Of a stretch of 41,948 nt of DNA, positions 1-11,050 are shown piece after piece. Made by a program: the position numbers and the translations under genes. The notes beneath the pieces are model-generated. The model ran no database searches and was not told the DNA's origin. It was given only the letters and a program-made list of their open reading frames with translations. The DNA is from a candidate division TA06 bacterium (lineage in GTDB: Bacteria > Ratteibacteria > UBA8468 > MWAK01), in assembly GCA_022704925.1 (NCBI GenBank), contig JAKJFK010000001.1, forward strand, positions 1 to 41,948, given 5' to 3'. The stretch's first letter is position 1. Each line of letters begins with the position of its first letter.

Positions 1-2
1 TG

Positions 3-1040
3 CGCGCCGAGGAGCCCGAGGTTATCAGCGGGCTGCGTTCCACTCCGTCGGCCGCGCTTGGCAGCTGCCGCCGCAAGCTCAAGGCGGACGATTACCAGAA
101 GATCCTGGACGTGCTGAAGAAGTACGAGGTGCGCTACTTTCTCATCGCCGGCGGCAACGATTCCATGGACACCGCCCTCCAGATGCACAAGCTGGCCAGG
201 TCGAGCGGCTACGAGCTCTTCTCGGTGGGCGTGCCCAAGACGGTCGACAACGACCTGCGGGTAACCGACCACTGCCCCGGCTACGGCAGCGTGGCCCGCT
301 ACTGGGCGATCTCGGGCCGGGACGCCGGCCGGGACACCGACGCCATCTATCACCCGGACACGGTCAAGATCCTGGAGACCATGGGGCGGGATACCGGCTG
401 GATCACCGCGGCCGCCGGCCTGGCCTGCGAGGCCGGGGACGACGCCCCGCAACTCGTTTATGTTCCGGAGATCCCCTTCGACCAGGAGCAGTTCCTGGGC
501 GACGTGGACCGGGTCTACCGGAAGCTCGGCCGGGTGGTGATCGCCGTCTGCGAGGGACTCAAGGACAAGAGCGGCGAATTCGTGACCGCCTCCGGCCGCA
601 AGACGGACACCGACTCCTTCGGCCACAAGCAGCTGGGCGGTGTCGGTGACGTGCTCTGCGATCTGATCGCCGAAAAGCTGGGCCTCAAGTCCCGCTTCGA
701 CAAGCCGGGCACCATCCAGCGCATGGCCATGGTCTGCGCCTCGGAGGTCGACCGGGAAGAGGCCTACCAGGTCGGCAAGCAGGCGGTCCGGCTGGCCCTG
801 GCCGGCCGCAGCGGCGTGATGGTCACGATCGAGCGCCAGCCGGGTGCCGAGTACCGGGTGGCCTACGGGACCGGGGACCTGACGGAGATCGCCAACCTGC
901 GCAAGGACCTGCCGCGGGAGTTCATGAACGCCGCCGGCAACCATGTTTCCCAGGCCTTCCTGGATTACGCCCGGCCCCTGGCCGGCGGGCCGCTGCCGCC
1001 CTACGTGCGGTTGAAGAAGGTGGCGGTTCCCAAGCGGTGA
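3..1040 (+). CDS. phosphofructokinase family protein (ATP- or PPi-dependent), N-terminus outside window
   Basis: The frame is open from the window edge, with no stop between nt 3 and 111. PFK-type motifs are present: FLIAGGNDSMDTA and GVPKTVDNDL. The GTG at 111 in the ORF track is therefore internal. Confidence 0.85.
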   Translation, partial: RAEEPEVISGLRSTPSAALGSCRRKLKADDYQKILDVLKKYEVRYFLIAGGNDSMDTALQMHKLARSSGYELFSVGVPKTVDNDLRVTDHCPGYGSVARYWAISGRDAGRDTDAIYHPDTVKILETMGRDTGWITAAAGLACEAGDDAPQLVYVPEIPFDQEQFLGDVDRVYRKLGRVVIAVCEGLKDKSGEFVTASGRKTDTDSFGHKQLGGVGDVLCDLIAEKLGLKSRFDKPGTIQRMAMVCASEVDREEAYQVGKQAVRLALAGRSGVMVTIERQPGAEYRVAYGTGDLTEIANLRKDLPREFMNAAGNHVSQAFLDYARPLAGGPLPPYVRLKKVAVPKR

Positions 1041-1075
1041 AACGGCATGCAAACCAAAATCGAAAGGATGGTCCG

Positions 1076-3007
1076 ATGATCAAGGAAAGATTTGCCGCGG
1101 AACGCCTCTCCGACGAACAGCTCCGGGAACTGGCCGAACTCTCCCGGGTCTGCAAGGGGGACATTCTGAAGATGACTACCCTGGCCGCCTGCGGCCATCC
1201 GGGCGGTTCCATCTCCTCGCTCGACCTCTACCTGGTTCTCTTTAAGTACGCGGCGGTCGATCCCGGCGACCCGGACAACCCGAACCGCGACCACATCCTG
1301 ATCAGCCACGGTCACACCTCGCCCGGGGCTTACGCAACGCTGGGCCGGCTGGGCTTCTTCTCCATTGAGGCGGCCGTGAGCGGCTTCCGCAAGATCGACA
1401 CCCCCTTCGAGGGACACGTGGTCCGCGAACTGCCCGGCCTGGACTGGTCCAGCGGCAACCTGGGTCAGGGCCTCTCGGCCGGTTGCGGTTTCGCGCTGGC
1501 CTCGCGGATCCTGAAGCGCGGCTTCCACGTCTTTGTGGCCATGAGCGACGGCGAGCATGCCAAGGGGCAGATCGCCGAGTCCCGGCGCTTCGCCGCCAAG
1601 TACGGTCTGGACAACCTTACCGTGGTCATCGACTACAACCACATCCAGATCAGCGGCAAGATCGAGGATGTCATGCCCCAGAATATCAAGGGCAATTACC
1701 TGGCCGACGGCTGGCGGGTCCTGGAGGTTGACGGCCACGACCACCAGGCTATCTACCAGGCCTGCCGGGAAGCGGCCTCCGACGGGAAGCCGACGGTCAT
1801 CCTGGCCGAGACGGTCATGTCCAGGGGCATCTCCTTCATGGAAGGCCTGCCCAAGTACCACGGCGCGGCCCTCAAGCCGGACGACTGCCGGAAGGCCCTG
1901 GCCGAACTCGGCCTGGAGGACGACCTGGACCGGCTGGGACAGCTGCGCAAGAACTGGTCCTTCCAGGTGCCGGTCCGCCGTTTCGAGTATCCGGTAAGCC
2001 TCAACCTCGGCGAGCCGGTTCTTTACCCGGCCGGCTCCGGTGCCGACAACCGGGGCGCCTTCGGGAAGGCCCTGCTGTCGATCGCTTCGGCCAGCTGCGG
2101 TTCGGATGACAAAACCCCGCTGGTGGTGGTGGATTGCGACCTGGCCACCTCGGTCCGGACCGAGGATTTCGCCAAGCTGGCCCCCTGTTCCTTCTACGAG
2201 GCCGGCGTCCAGGAGCATACCGCGGCCACCCTTTCCGGGGCCCTCTCGGCCAGCGGCGTGGTCGTCTTCTTCGCCGATTTCGGCGCCTTCGGGGTTGACG
2301 AAACTTACAACCAGGAGCGTCTCAACGACCTCAACCACACCAACCTGAAACTGGTCTCCACCCACTGCGGACTTGACGTGGGCGAGGACGGCAAGACCCA
2401 CCAGTGCATCGATTACCTGGGACTCTTCAACAATCTCTTCGGCTTCAAGGTGATCGTGCCGGCCGATCCCAACCAGACCGACCGGGCCGTCCGGTATATG
2501 GCCGGCGCCTGGGGAAACTTCCTGATGACCATGGGCCGTTCGAAGGTGCCGGTGGTGACCCGTGAGGACGGGACTCCCTATTACGACGCCGCCTACCGGT
2601 TCGAGTACGGCCAGGGTGACTGGATCAGGCGCGGCCGGCAGGCGACCGTCGTCTGCATGGGCGCCCCGATGACCGCCTACGCGGTGGCCGCCAGCGACCA
2701 GCTGCGGGCGGAAGGCGTCGAGGTGGGCGTCCTCAACCTGGCCTCCCCGCTTCAACCCGACATCGCGGCGCTCCGGGAGGCGGCCGCGACCGGCTGCCTG
2801 CTGACGCTGGAGGACCACCACATCCGGACCGGGCTGGGCGCGGTTGTGGCCAATTTCCTGGCCGAAAACCGGCTGGCGGTGAAGTTCCAAAAACTGGGCA
2901 TCAAGGGTTACGGGCAGAGCGGCACGCCCGAGGCGCTCTACGCCAAGGAAGGGATCGATACCGAGGGGATCAAGGCGGCGGTCAAAAAGCTGCTGGCCGT
3001 CCGCTGA
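1076..3007 (+). CDS. tkt: transketolase (N- and C-terminal halves fused)
   Basis: TPP-enzyme motifs GHPGGSISS, SHGHTSPG, GNLGQGLS and SDGEHAKGQ are followed by a pyrimidine-binding half (FYEAGVQEH). ATG 1076 follows AAAGGA. The ORF-track start at 1037 would overlap the pfk stop. Confidence 0.9.
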   Translation: MIKERFAAERLSDEQLRELAELSRVCKGDILKMTTLAACGHPGGSISSLDLYLVLFKYAAVDPGDPDNPNRDHILISHGHTSPGAYATLGRLGFFSIEAAVSGFRKIDTPFEGHVVRELPGLDWSSGNLGQGLSAGCGFALASRILKRGFHVFVAMSDGEHAKGQIAESRRFAAKYGLDNLTVVIDYNHIQISGKIEDVMPQNIKGNYLADGWRVLEVDGHDHQAIYQACREAASDGKPTVILAETVMSRGISFMEGLPKYHGAALKPDDCRKALAELGLEDDLDRLGQLRKNWSFQVPVRRFEYPVSLNLGEPVLYPAGSGADNRGAFGKALLSIASASCGSDDKTPLVVVDCDLATSVRTEDFAKLAPCSFYEAGVQEHTAATLSGALSASGVVVFFADFGAFGVDETYNQERLNDLNHTNLKLVSTHCGLDVGEDGKTHQCIDYLGLFNNLFGFKVIVPADPNQTDRAVRYMAGAWGNFLMTMGRSKVPVVTREDGTPYYDAAYRFEYGQGDWIRRGRQATVVCMGAPMTAYAVAASDQLRAEGVEVGVLNLASPLQPDIAALREAAATGCLLTLEDHHIRTGLGAVVANFLAENRLAVKFQKLGIKGYGQSGTPEALYAKEGIDTEGIKAAVKKLLAVR

Positions 3008-3036
3008 GCGGCCGGCCGCCGGTTCGAAAAGGCCGG

Positions 3037-3675
3037 ATGAAGATCAAGATCTGCGGCCTGCGCCAGCCCCGGGAGCTGGACTGGGCCCGGGAATTGGGCG
3101 CCGACCTGGTCGGCTTCAACTTTTACCCGGCCAGTCCCCGTTATCTCGCGGCCGAAGCACTGGAGAAGATGGCGGCCGCCGGACCGGGTCCGCTTCGGGC
3201 CGGGGTCTTTGTCAATCCGGGCTGGGAGGAACTGGGCGCCCTCGTCCGTGCCGCCGGGCTGGACCTGGTCCAGCTGCACGGGGATGAGTCCCCGGACTTC
3301 TGCCGCCGGGTCCGTTCCGAACTGGGCCGGCCGGTTATCAAAGCCTTCCGGCTCGGCGGGTCCCTGGGGCCGGCTTCCCTTGCCGCCTACCTGGGGGCGG
3401 CCGATTACTTTCTGCTTGACGGGGGGGCCGCGCCCGGCCTCTACGGCGGCGGCGGCCGTTCCTTTCCCTGGGACCTGGCGGCGCCCTTCAAGGCGCTGGG
3501 GGTTCCGTTTTTCCTGGCCGGAGGCTTGACGCCGGAGAATGTCGCCGCGGCGATTGAAAGGGTTGCCCCCTACGGGGTCGACGTCGCCAGCGGGGTGGAG
3601 TCCGCGCCCGGCCGGAAGTCCCGTTTCAAGATGGAGGCCTTCATCCGGGCGGCCCGTTCGGCCGCCGGCGACTGA
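3037..3675 (+). CDS. trpF: phosphoribosylanthranilate isomerase
   Basis: N-terminus MKIKICGL, then GADLVGFNFYPASPRY, VQLHGDE and FFLAGGL. This is the typical PRAI layout at about 210 aa. Confidence 0.9.
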   Translation: MKIKICGLRQPRELDWARELGADLVGFNFYPASPRYLAAEALEKMAAAGPGPLRAGVFVNPGWEELGALVRAAGLDLVQLHGDESPDFCRRVRSELGRPVIKAFRLGGSLGPASLAAYLGAADYFLLDGGAAPGLYGGGGRSFPWDLAAPFKALGVPFFLAGGLTPENVAAAIERVAPYGVDVASGVESAPGRKSRFKMEAFIRAARSAAGD

Positions 3676-3696
3676 CTGGAACAAGGAGATGACGCG

Positions 3697-4461
3697 ATGA
3701 CCAACCAGGTGGCCCTTCAGCTTTACACGCTCCGGAATGAACTCAAGACCCCGGAGGATATCAGCCGCACCCTGGCCGAGGTGGCCCGGATCGGGTACCG
3801 CGCCGTCCAGGTTTCCGGGGTCGGCCCGATCGAACCGGCGGCAATGAAGAAGATCCTGGAACGGGAGAACCTGACCGCCTGTTCCAGCCATATCCCGTAC
3901 CAGCGGCTGGTCGGCGAAACGGAGAAGGTCATCGAGGAGGCCCGCTTCCTGGACCAGGATTCGGTGGCCTGCCCGCAGCTGCCGGGCGAGTTGAGAACCT
4001 CCGCCGCCGGCTTCCGGCAGGCGGCCCGGGAACTTTCGGAGGCCGGGAAGGCCTTTCAGCAGGCCGGCCTGGTCCTGCTTTACCACAACCACGCCCTGGA
4101 GTTCGAGCGCTTCGAAGGACGCACCGGCTACCAGATCCTGGTCGAGGAGAGCGACCCCCGCTTCCTGCAGATGGAGATCGACACCTACTGGGTCGCCTTC
4201 GCCGGCGCCGACCCGGTTGACTGGTGCCGGAAGCTGGCCGGCCGCATGCACCTGGTGCACTTCAAGGACATGGGCATCCAGGCCGGCAAGCAATTCATGG
4301 CCGAGGTGGGCGAAGGTAACCTCAACTGGCCGGCCATCCTGACCGCCTGCCGCGACGGCGGCGTCCGCTGGTACGCGGTGGAACAGGACACCTGCCCGCG
4401 GCCGCCCCTGGAGAGCGCCCGCATCAGTCTCGAGAATCTCAAGCGGATGGGGCTGGAGTGA
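3697..4461 (+). CDS. sugar phosphate isomerase/epimerase (xylose-isomerase-like TIM barrel)
   Basis: LQLYTLR start, LLYHNHALEF, EIDTYW and HFKD metal-ligand-like motifs typical of the AP-endonuclease-2/xylose-isomerase-like fold. Confidence 0.8.
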   Translation: MTNQVALQLYTLRNELKTPEDISRTLAEVARIGYRAVQVSGVGPIEPAAMKKILERENLTACSSHIPYQRLVGETEKVIEEARFLDQDSVACPQLPGELRTSAAGFRQAARELSEAGKAFQQAGLVLLYHNHALEFERFEGRTGYQILVEESDPRFLQMEIDTYWVAFAGADPVDWCRKLAGRMHLVHFKDMGIQAGKQFMAEVGEGNLNWPAILTACRDGGVRWYAVEQDTCPRPPLESARISLENLKRMGLE

Positions 4462-4511
4462 CCGGAAGCCGGTTGGCCGGAACGGCCCGGAAGCGAAGGG
4501 GAGCCAAGGCG

Positions 4512-5525
4512 ATGGGCATGGATTACCGGAAGGCCGGCGTCGACATCGCGGCGGCCGGCAGTTTTGTCGATTCCCTCAAGGAACTGGCCGCCCGGACCCG
4601 GGTCAAGGGCCAGCTGGGCGATATCGGTCTCTTCTCCGGTCTCTTTTCCCTGCAGCCGCTCCGCTACCGGCAGCCGGTGCTGGTCTCCGGCATTGACGGG
4701 GTCGGGACCAAGATCCTCCTGGCCGAGGCGGCCGGGATCTATGACACGGTCGGCATCGACCTGGTGGCCATGAATGTTAATGATATCCTGACCGCCGGGG
4801 CCCGGCCGCTCTTCTTCCTGGACTACCTGGCCGTGGGACGCCTCGACCGGAAACGGGAACTGGCCCTGATCAAGGGCATCGTCGAAGGATGCCGCCAGGC
4901 CGGCTGCGCCCTGATCGGGGGCGAGACCGCCCAGATGGGAGATGTTTACGGGCCGAAGGGTTTCGACCTGGCCGGCTGCGCGGTCGGCGTGGTGGAGAAG
5001 GCCCGGATCGTCTCCGGCGCCGGGATCCGGCCCGGGGACCGGTTGCTGGCCCTGCCCAGCAGCGGCCTTCACAGCAACGGCTTTTCGCTGGTCCGAAAAC
5101 TATTCAGCCCGAAGGAAATCAAGCGCGATCCGGAATTGGCCCGCCGCCTGCTCACCCCCACCCGCATCTACGTAAAGACGATTCTCAATCTTCTGGAAAA
5201 GGTGAAGGTGAAAGGCATGGCCCACATCACCGGCGGCGGCCCGGTCGGCAACATCCGGCGGGTGCTGCCGGACGGTACCCGGGCGGTCCTGGAGGCCGGG
5301 ACCTGGGAGATGCCGGCGCTCTTCAAGGAAGTCCAGGCCCGGGGCCGGGTCAGCCGGTTGGAATTGGCCCGCACCCTGAACCTCGGCCTCGGTTTCGTGC
5401 TGGTCCTGTCACCGGCCGAGGCCGGCCGGGCGGTCCGGGTTTTGCGCGGGCTCCGGGAGCCGGTCCTGGAGATCGGCCGGATCGAGGCGGCGCCGGGCGG
5501 CCCCGACTGCGTAATATCCTGGTAA
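4512..5525 (+). CDS. purM: phosphoribosylformylglycinamidine cyclo-ligase (AIR synthetase)
   Basis: MGMDYRKAGVDI start as in PurM, DGVGTK, GGETAQM and HITGGG motifs. ATG 4512 follows an AAGGGGA/AAGGCG Shine-Dalgarno-like sequence. GTG 4458 in the ORF track is probably too far upstream. Confidence 0.9.
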   Translation: MGMDYRKAGVDIAAAGSFVDSLKELAARTRVKGQLGDIGLFSGLFSLQPLRYRQPVLVSGIDGVGTKILLAEAAGIYDTVGIDLVAMNVNDILTAGARPLFFLDYLAVGRLDRKRELALIKGIVEGCRQAGCALIGGETAQMGDVYGPKGFDLAGCAVGVVEKARIVSGAGIRPGDRLLALPSSGLHSNGFSLVRKLFSPKEIKRDPELARRLLTPTRIYVKTILNLLEKVKVKGMAHITGGGPVGNIRRVLPDGTRAVLEAGTWEMPALFKEVQARGRVSRLELARTLNLGLGFVLVLSPAEAGRAVRVLRGLREPVLEIGRIEAAPGGPDCVISW

Positions 5526-5532
5526 TCCGTTT

Positions 5533-5561
5533 TTGCGCCCGTTTTATATTTGGGTTATACT
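5533..5561 (+). promoter_or_regulatory. candidate promoter TTGCGC-17-TATACT just upstream of argH
   Basis: Hexamers read directly from the sequence. The -10 element ends 11 nt before the ATG and no Shine-Dalgarno-like sequence is visible. Confidence 0.3.
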
Positions 5562-5572
5562 TTTAACTGTAA

Positions 5573-6955
<1,383 letters not shown>

Positions 6956-7032
6956 CCCTCCCCCCCGCTTTAAATTTTACTTATCCTTTGCCTGTTTTCT
7001 TTAACCCGGCGGTTTCGAAAGGATCGGTTTTG

Positions 7033-8712
7033 ATGAAAGTAAAAATCAGGCTGAAAGATCCCGGCAATCAGGCCCTGGCCCGTCCGGCCGCCATACTGGC
7101 CCGCCAGCTGGCCGAGCGCTCCGGTGCGGAAATAATTTCGGCCGGCCCGGAAACCGGTTCGGAACTTGCGGTGGCGCTGGCGATTGACCCGGCCGCCGGC
7201 CGCGAGGGGTACCGGATCGCCGACGGCGCCCCGGGCGAAATAATCGTCGCCGGCGGCGACCGGCGCGGCCTGATTTACGGGGTCGGCCGCCTCCTTCACG
7301 AGGCCGTTTACTCCCCGGGTGAATTCCGGCCCGGCCCCTGGCGGGGCGCCTCGGTCCCGGATAAGCCGGTGCGCGGCCTCTACTTCGCCACCCATTTTCA
7401 CAACTACTACCACGACGCGCCCCCGGCCGAGATCGAAAAGTATCTCGAGGAGCTCGTCCTCTGGGGTTACAACGCCCTGGTGGCCTGGTACGACATGAAC
7501 CACTACCGGGGCCTGGACGACCCGGACAGCCGGGCGATGATCGAGCGCCTGCGCCACCTGTTTTCCTTCGCGCGCGAGCTGGGCCTGGATATCGGGCTGG
7601 TGACGGTTGCCAACGAGTCCTACCGGAGCAGCCCGCGGGAACTGGGCCGGGTTCCGGAGTATGCTTTCATGCCGGGACTGCTCTGTCCGAATAAGCCCGG
7701 CGGCCGGGAACTGATCCTGAAGAACATGGCCGGCGAATTTGAGGCCTTTGCCGGTTTGAAGCTTGATTTCATCTGGACCTGGCCCTACGATCCCGGCAGC
7801 TGCTTCTGCGAAAAATGCCGCCCCTGGGGCGGGAACGGCTTCATCGAAATGAGCCGGGAGATCGCCGGGCTCGCCCGCCGTTACCACCCGTCGGCCCGGC
7901 TGGTCCTCTCCACCTGGACCTTCAAGCCGGAGGATTGGGAAGGGCTGGCCCGGGCCTTCCGGGAGCGGCCCGACTGGGTCGATTACATCATGGCCGATGC
8001 CCACCGGGAGTTCCCCGAATTTCCCCTGAAGCACGGGGTGCCCGGCGGCCTGCCGCTCCTCAACTTTCCGGAGATCAGCATGATCGGCATGAAGCCCTGG
8101 GGTGGCTTCGGCGCCACGCCGACGCCGGAACGGCTGCAGGGTTTCTGGCCGGCGGCGGCCGACCGGATCGCCGGCGGCTTCCCCTACTCGGAGGGGCTGC
8201 ACGACGACATCAACAAGGTCATCATCAGCCGCTTCTACTGGAACCGGAAGACCTCTGCCCTCGAGGCGCTCCGGGAGTACGCGCATTTTGAATACGGCCC
8301 CGGGGCGGTCGAACGGGTGCTGGAGGCGGTCGGGATCATCGAGGCCAATCATGGCCGCTACTGGGACGTCGTTCCCCAGGCGCCCGGGTTCATCCGCAAG
8401 AGAGAGGCGCCCGAGGTGCGCGATTCCGGCCGCGCCGCCCGGCTGCTGGAAGAGGTTGACCGGGAACTTCCCGAGGCGCGGCGCCGGGGCTGGCGCTGGC
8501 GGCTGCTGCTTCTGCGCGGCCGGATCGAGCGGGAGTTGCGAAGTAACGGCGGCGTGCCCAACGACGCCTGCGACGAGGCCTTCGAGGAGTTGATCGCCAT
8601 TCTGCACGCCGAACGGGCCGAGTGGCGGGTGGCGCCGCTGAGCCGGCGCCTGGTGGCCCGCCTGGACCGCGAGAAGAAACAGGCCGAGGATTTCGACGGC
8701 CTGGGTAAGTAA
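7033..8712 (+). CDS. putative glycoside-hydrolase-like TIM-barrel protein, unknown specificity
   Basis: The N-terminal alpha/beta domain ends in GDRRGLIYGV. It is followed by VRGLYFATHFHNYY...LWGYNALVAWYD and a Cys cluster WPYDPGSCFCEKCRPWG, resembling GH20b/DUF4838-type proteins. Family assignment is from memory only. ATG 7033 was chosen over TTG 6988. Confidence 0.6.
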   Translation: MKVKIRLKDPGNQALARPAAILARQLAERSGAEIISAGPETGSELAVALAIDPAAGREGYRIADGAPGEIIVAGGDRRGLIYGVGRLLHEAVYSPGEFRPGPWRGASVPDKPVRGLYFATHFHNYYHDAPPAEIEKYLEELVLWGYNALVAWYDMNHYRGLDDPDSRAMIERLRHLFSFARELGLDIGLVTVANESYRSSPRELGRVPEYAFMPGLLCPNKPGGRELILKNMAGEFEAFAGLKLDFIWTWPYDPGSCFCEKCRPWGGNGFIEMSREIAGLARRYHPSARLVLSTWTFKPEDWEGLARAFRERPDWVDYIMADAHREFPEFPLKHGVPGGLPLLNFPEISMIGMKPWGGFGATPTPERLQGFWPAAADRIAGGFPYSEGLHDDINKVIISRFYWNRKTSALEALREYAHFEYGPGAVERVLEAVGIIEANHGRYWDVVPQAPGFIRKREAPEVRDSGRAARLLEEVDRELPEARRRGWRWRLLLLRGRIERELRSNGGVPNDACDEAFEELIAILHAERAEWRVAPLSRRLVARLDREKKQAEDFDGLGK

Positions 8713-8742
8713 AGTAAACCCCGGATAAAAGGGAGAACCGCG

Positions 8743-9807
8743 ATGAACCAGCTGGAAATCTTCCGGGCGACGGTTGCGCACCAGCCGCACTCGGGATTTC
8801 TCTACAAGGTCGGTTTCACCAATGACCTCTACCGGCGCCTGCTGGAGCGTTACCGGCTTCCGGCCGACGCCAGGCTTGACGACTACTACGAGTGCTTCCG
8901 GCCGGCGGCGGTCCAGCCGGCGCCGGCCGGGCCGGTGGCGACGCCGGACTTTTCCCGCTACTTCGCCGGCGAGGCGTGGCCGGAGGGCTCGCTGATCAAC
9001 AAGCTGGGCGTGCTGGAGATCCCGGCTCATTTCTACCACTTCACCGGCTACGTCAGCCCGCTGCGGAAGGCCGCCTCCCTGAAGGAGCTGGAGGAGTTTC
9101 CCTATCCCTACGCCGGCGCTTTCGACGAGAGCGGGATGGCCGAAAAGGTCCGGGCGGCGCACGAAGCGGGCAAGGCGGCCATGACCGGCATCGTCCACCT
9201 CTACGAGCATGCCTGGCAGATCCGTGGATACGAGGAGTTTCTCCAGGACATGATCGAGCGGCCGGAGTGGGTCGAGTGCATCCTGGACCGGCTGGCCGAG
9301 CGCAATCTGAAAATCGCCGAGGTCGGCGCCCGGGCCGGCGTCGATTACCTGGTGACCGGCGACGACATCGCCAACCAGCAGAACCTGATGTTCTCCCCCG
9401 GGATGTGGTGGCGCTTCATCGGCTCCCGCTGGGCCCGGATTTACGCGGCCGCCCGCCGGATCAAGCCGGACATCCAGATCTGGTACCACAGCGACGGCAA
9501 CGTTTACTCCCTGATCCCAAAACTGATCGAGATCGGCGTCACCATCCTCAACCCGCTCCAGCCCGAGTGCCTGGACGTGGTCCGGGTCAAGCGTGAGTTC
9601 GGCCGCCACCTGGTCTTCGACGGGACCGTCGGTACCCAGTCCACCTTTCCCTTCGGCACCCCCGAAGAGGTGACGCGGGTGGTCCGGGAGCGGAAACGGA
9701 CGCTCGGCTGCGACGGCGCGCTCATCCTGGCGCCGACCCATACCCTGGAGCCGGAGGTTACGCCCGAGAACATCGAGGCCTTCGTGGCCGCCTGCCGCGA
9801 GGAATAA
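8743..9807 (+). CDS. uroporphyrinogen decarboxylase (URO-D) family protein, paralog 1
   Basis: URO-D/MtaA-like length and layout: ...VTGDDIANQQ..., IWYHSDGNV...ILNPLQPEC, ILAPTHTLEPEV. GGGAGA Shine-Dalgarno-like sequence before the ATG. Confidence 0.8.
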   Translation: MNQLEIFRATVAHQPHSGFLYKVGFTNDLYRRLLERYRLPADARLDDYYECFRPAAVQPAPAGPVATPDFSRYFAGEAWPEGSLINKLGVLEIPAHFYHFTGYVSPLRKAASLKELEEFPYPYAGAFDESGMAEKVRAAHEAGKAAMTGIVHLYEHAWQIRGYEEFLQDMIERPEWVECILDRLAERNLKIAEVGARAGVDYLVTGDDIANQQNLMFSPGMWWRFIGSRWARIYAAARRIKPDIQIWYHSDGNVYSLIPKLIEIGVTILNPLQPECLDVVRVKREFGRHLVFDGTVGTQSTFPFGTPEEVTRVVRERKRTLGCDGALILAPTHTLEPEVTPENIEAFVAACREE

Positions 9808-9829
9808 CCTTGAACCGGAGAGGCCTGTC

Positions 9830-10954
9830 ATGCCGGAGATAAAACCGATCCGCCCCAAGTGGAAGGGGACCATGAGCGACCGGGAGCGCTTCGTCAGCCA
9901 GCTCCATTACCGGCCGGTGGACCGCTCCTTCAACATGGAGTTCGGCTACTGGAACGAGAACTTCAAATCCTGGCCGATCTTCGTGGAGAATGGAATCAAG
10001 AACAACGCCGAGGCGGACCTTTTCTTCAGCTTCGACCGGATCGAGACCATTGGGGGCCGCGTCTGGCTCTCGCCTCCCTTTCCGGCCGGCCTGGTCGAGG
10101 AGACCGCCGCCACCCGGATCGTCCAGAACTCCGACGGCCTGCTGGCCGAGGTGCCCCGGGACGGCCACGACACCATTCCCCATTTCATCCGGGCCTCGGT
10201 GCGTACGCCCGACGACTGGCGCCGCTGCAAGGCCGAGCGTTTCCGCCTCGACGACCCGGCCCGCCGGGTTGACGTGGAATCCCTGAAGCGGGCCCACCCG
10301 GCCGGCCGCGATTACCCCCTGGGCATTCATTGCGGTTCGATGATCGGCCGGATTCGCGACCTGCTTACCATGGAGGGGCTGGTCTACGCCATTTACGATT
10401 ACCCGGAGATGGTCGAGGAGATGGTTGAGACCGCCTGCCGCCTGGTCGAGCATTTCCTGGACCAGGTGCTGGGCCGGATCGATTTCGACTTCGCGGCCGG
10501 CTGGGAGGATATCTGCTCCAAGAGCGGTCCGCTGGTGCCGGTCCGCTTCTTCCGGGAAGTGGTGGTGCCCCGCTATCGGCGCCTCGGCGACCGGTTGCGG
10601 GCGGCCGGCGTCGACATCTGGTATACCGACTGCGACGGCGACGTGCGGCCGCTGCTGCCTTACTTCCTCGAAGGCGGCATCAACTGCATCTTTCCCTTCG
10701 AGGTCAACAGCAGCGGCCACCCGGCCGAATCCCTGGCTAAACACGCTCCCGAACTGCGCATCATGGGCGGCGTGGACAAGCTCCAGCTGCGGAGCGGCCG
10801 GCCGGCCATCGACGCCTGTCTCGAGAGGCTGATCCCCCTGGTGCAGGCCGGCGGCTACATTCCCTTCTGCGATCACCGCTGCCCGCCCGACGTCAACCCC
10901 GACGATTACCTCTACTACCTGGACCGCAAGGAAGAACTCTTCGGGATGAAGTAG
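9830..10954 (+). CDS. URO-D family protein, paralog 2
   Basis: SDRERF...PVDR N-terminus, WYTDCDGDV, GGYIPFCDHRCPPDV. It shares these motifs with the paralogs at 30452 and 39105. An alternative start at 9872 (MSDRERF) matches the paralog N-termini. Confidence 0.8.
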   Translation: MPEIKPIRPKWKGTMSDRERFVSQLHYRPVDRSFNMEFGYWNENFKSWPIFVENGIKNNAEADLFFSFDRIETIGGRVWLSPPFPAGLVEETAATRIVQNSDGLLAEVPRDGHDTIPHFIRASVRTPDDWRRCKAERFRLDDPARRVDVESLKRAHPAGRDYPLGIHCGSMIGRIRDLLTMEGLVYAIYDYPEMVEEMVETACRLVEHFLDQVLGRIDFDFAAGWEDICSKSGPLVPVRFFREVVVPRYRRLGDRLRAAGVDIWYTDCDGDVRPLLPYFLEGGINCIFPFEVNSSGHPAESLAKHAPELRIMGGVDKLQLRSGRPAIDACLERLIPLVQAGGYIPFCDHRCPPDVNPDDYLYYLDRKEELFGMK

Positions 10955-11050
10955 GCCCGGCCTTTACCGGGCTCAGTCCCCCGAATTATAATATTCATGT
11001 CCGCCGGCGGCTCCGTCGGGGCCGTGATCGGCGCGGGCGACCGAACGAGG

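Noticed and set aside
1001-4293. Long minus-strand ORFs 1001-2890 (629 aa) and 2938-4293 (451 aa)
   Set aside because: They are antisense to transketolase, trpF and the isomerase-fold gene. The composition is biased with no domain signatures, so they are shadow ORFs. The same reasoning applies to 9758-10876, 10973-12004, 16582-17889, 17989-18891, 19363-20481 and 22002-23495 on the minus strand. It also applies to 25030-25992, 26927-28141, 28190-29029, 28840-29688, 29742-30497, 30446-31522, 31242-32660, 35723-36868, 36933-37658, 37946-39151, 39570-40178 and 40365-41435 on the plus strand, and to 32866-33963 on the minus strand.
6970-9873. 967-aa ORF on the minus strand spanning three plus-strand genes
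   Set aside because: The product is Arg/Gly/Pro/Ala-rich low complexity with no recognisable motifs. It lies exactly antisense to ORFs with clear family signatures. This is a typical stop-codon-poor shadow frame of GC-rich DNA.
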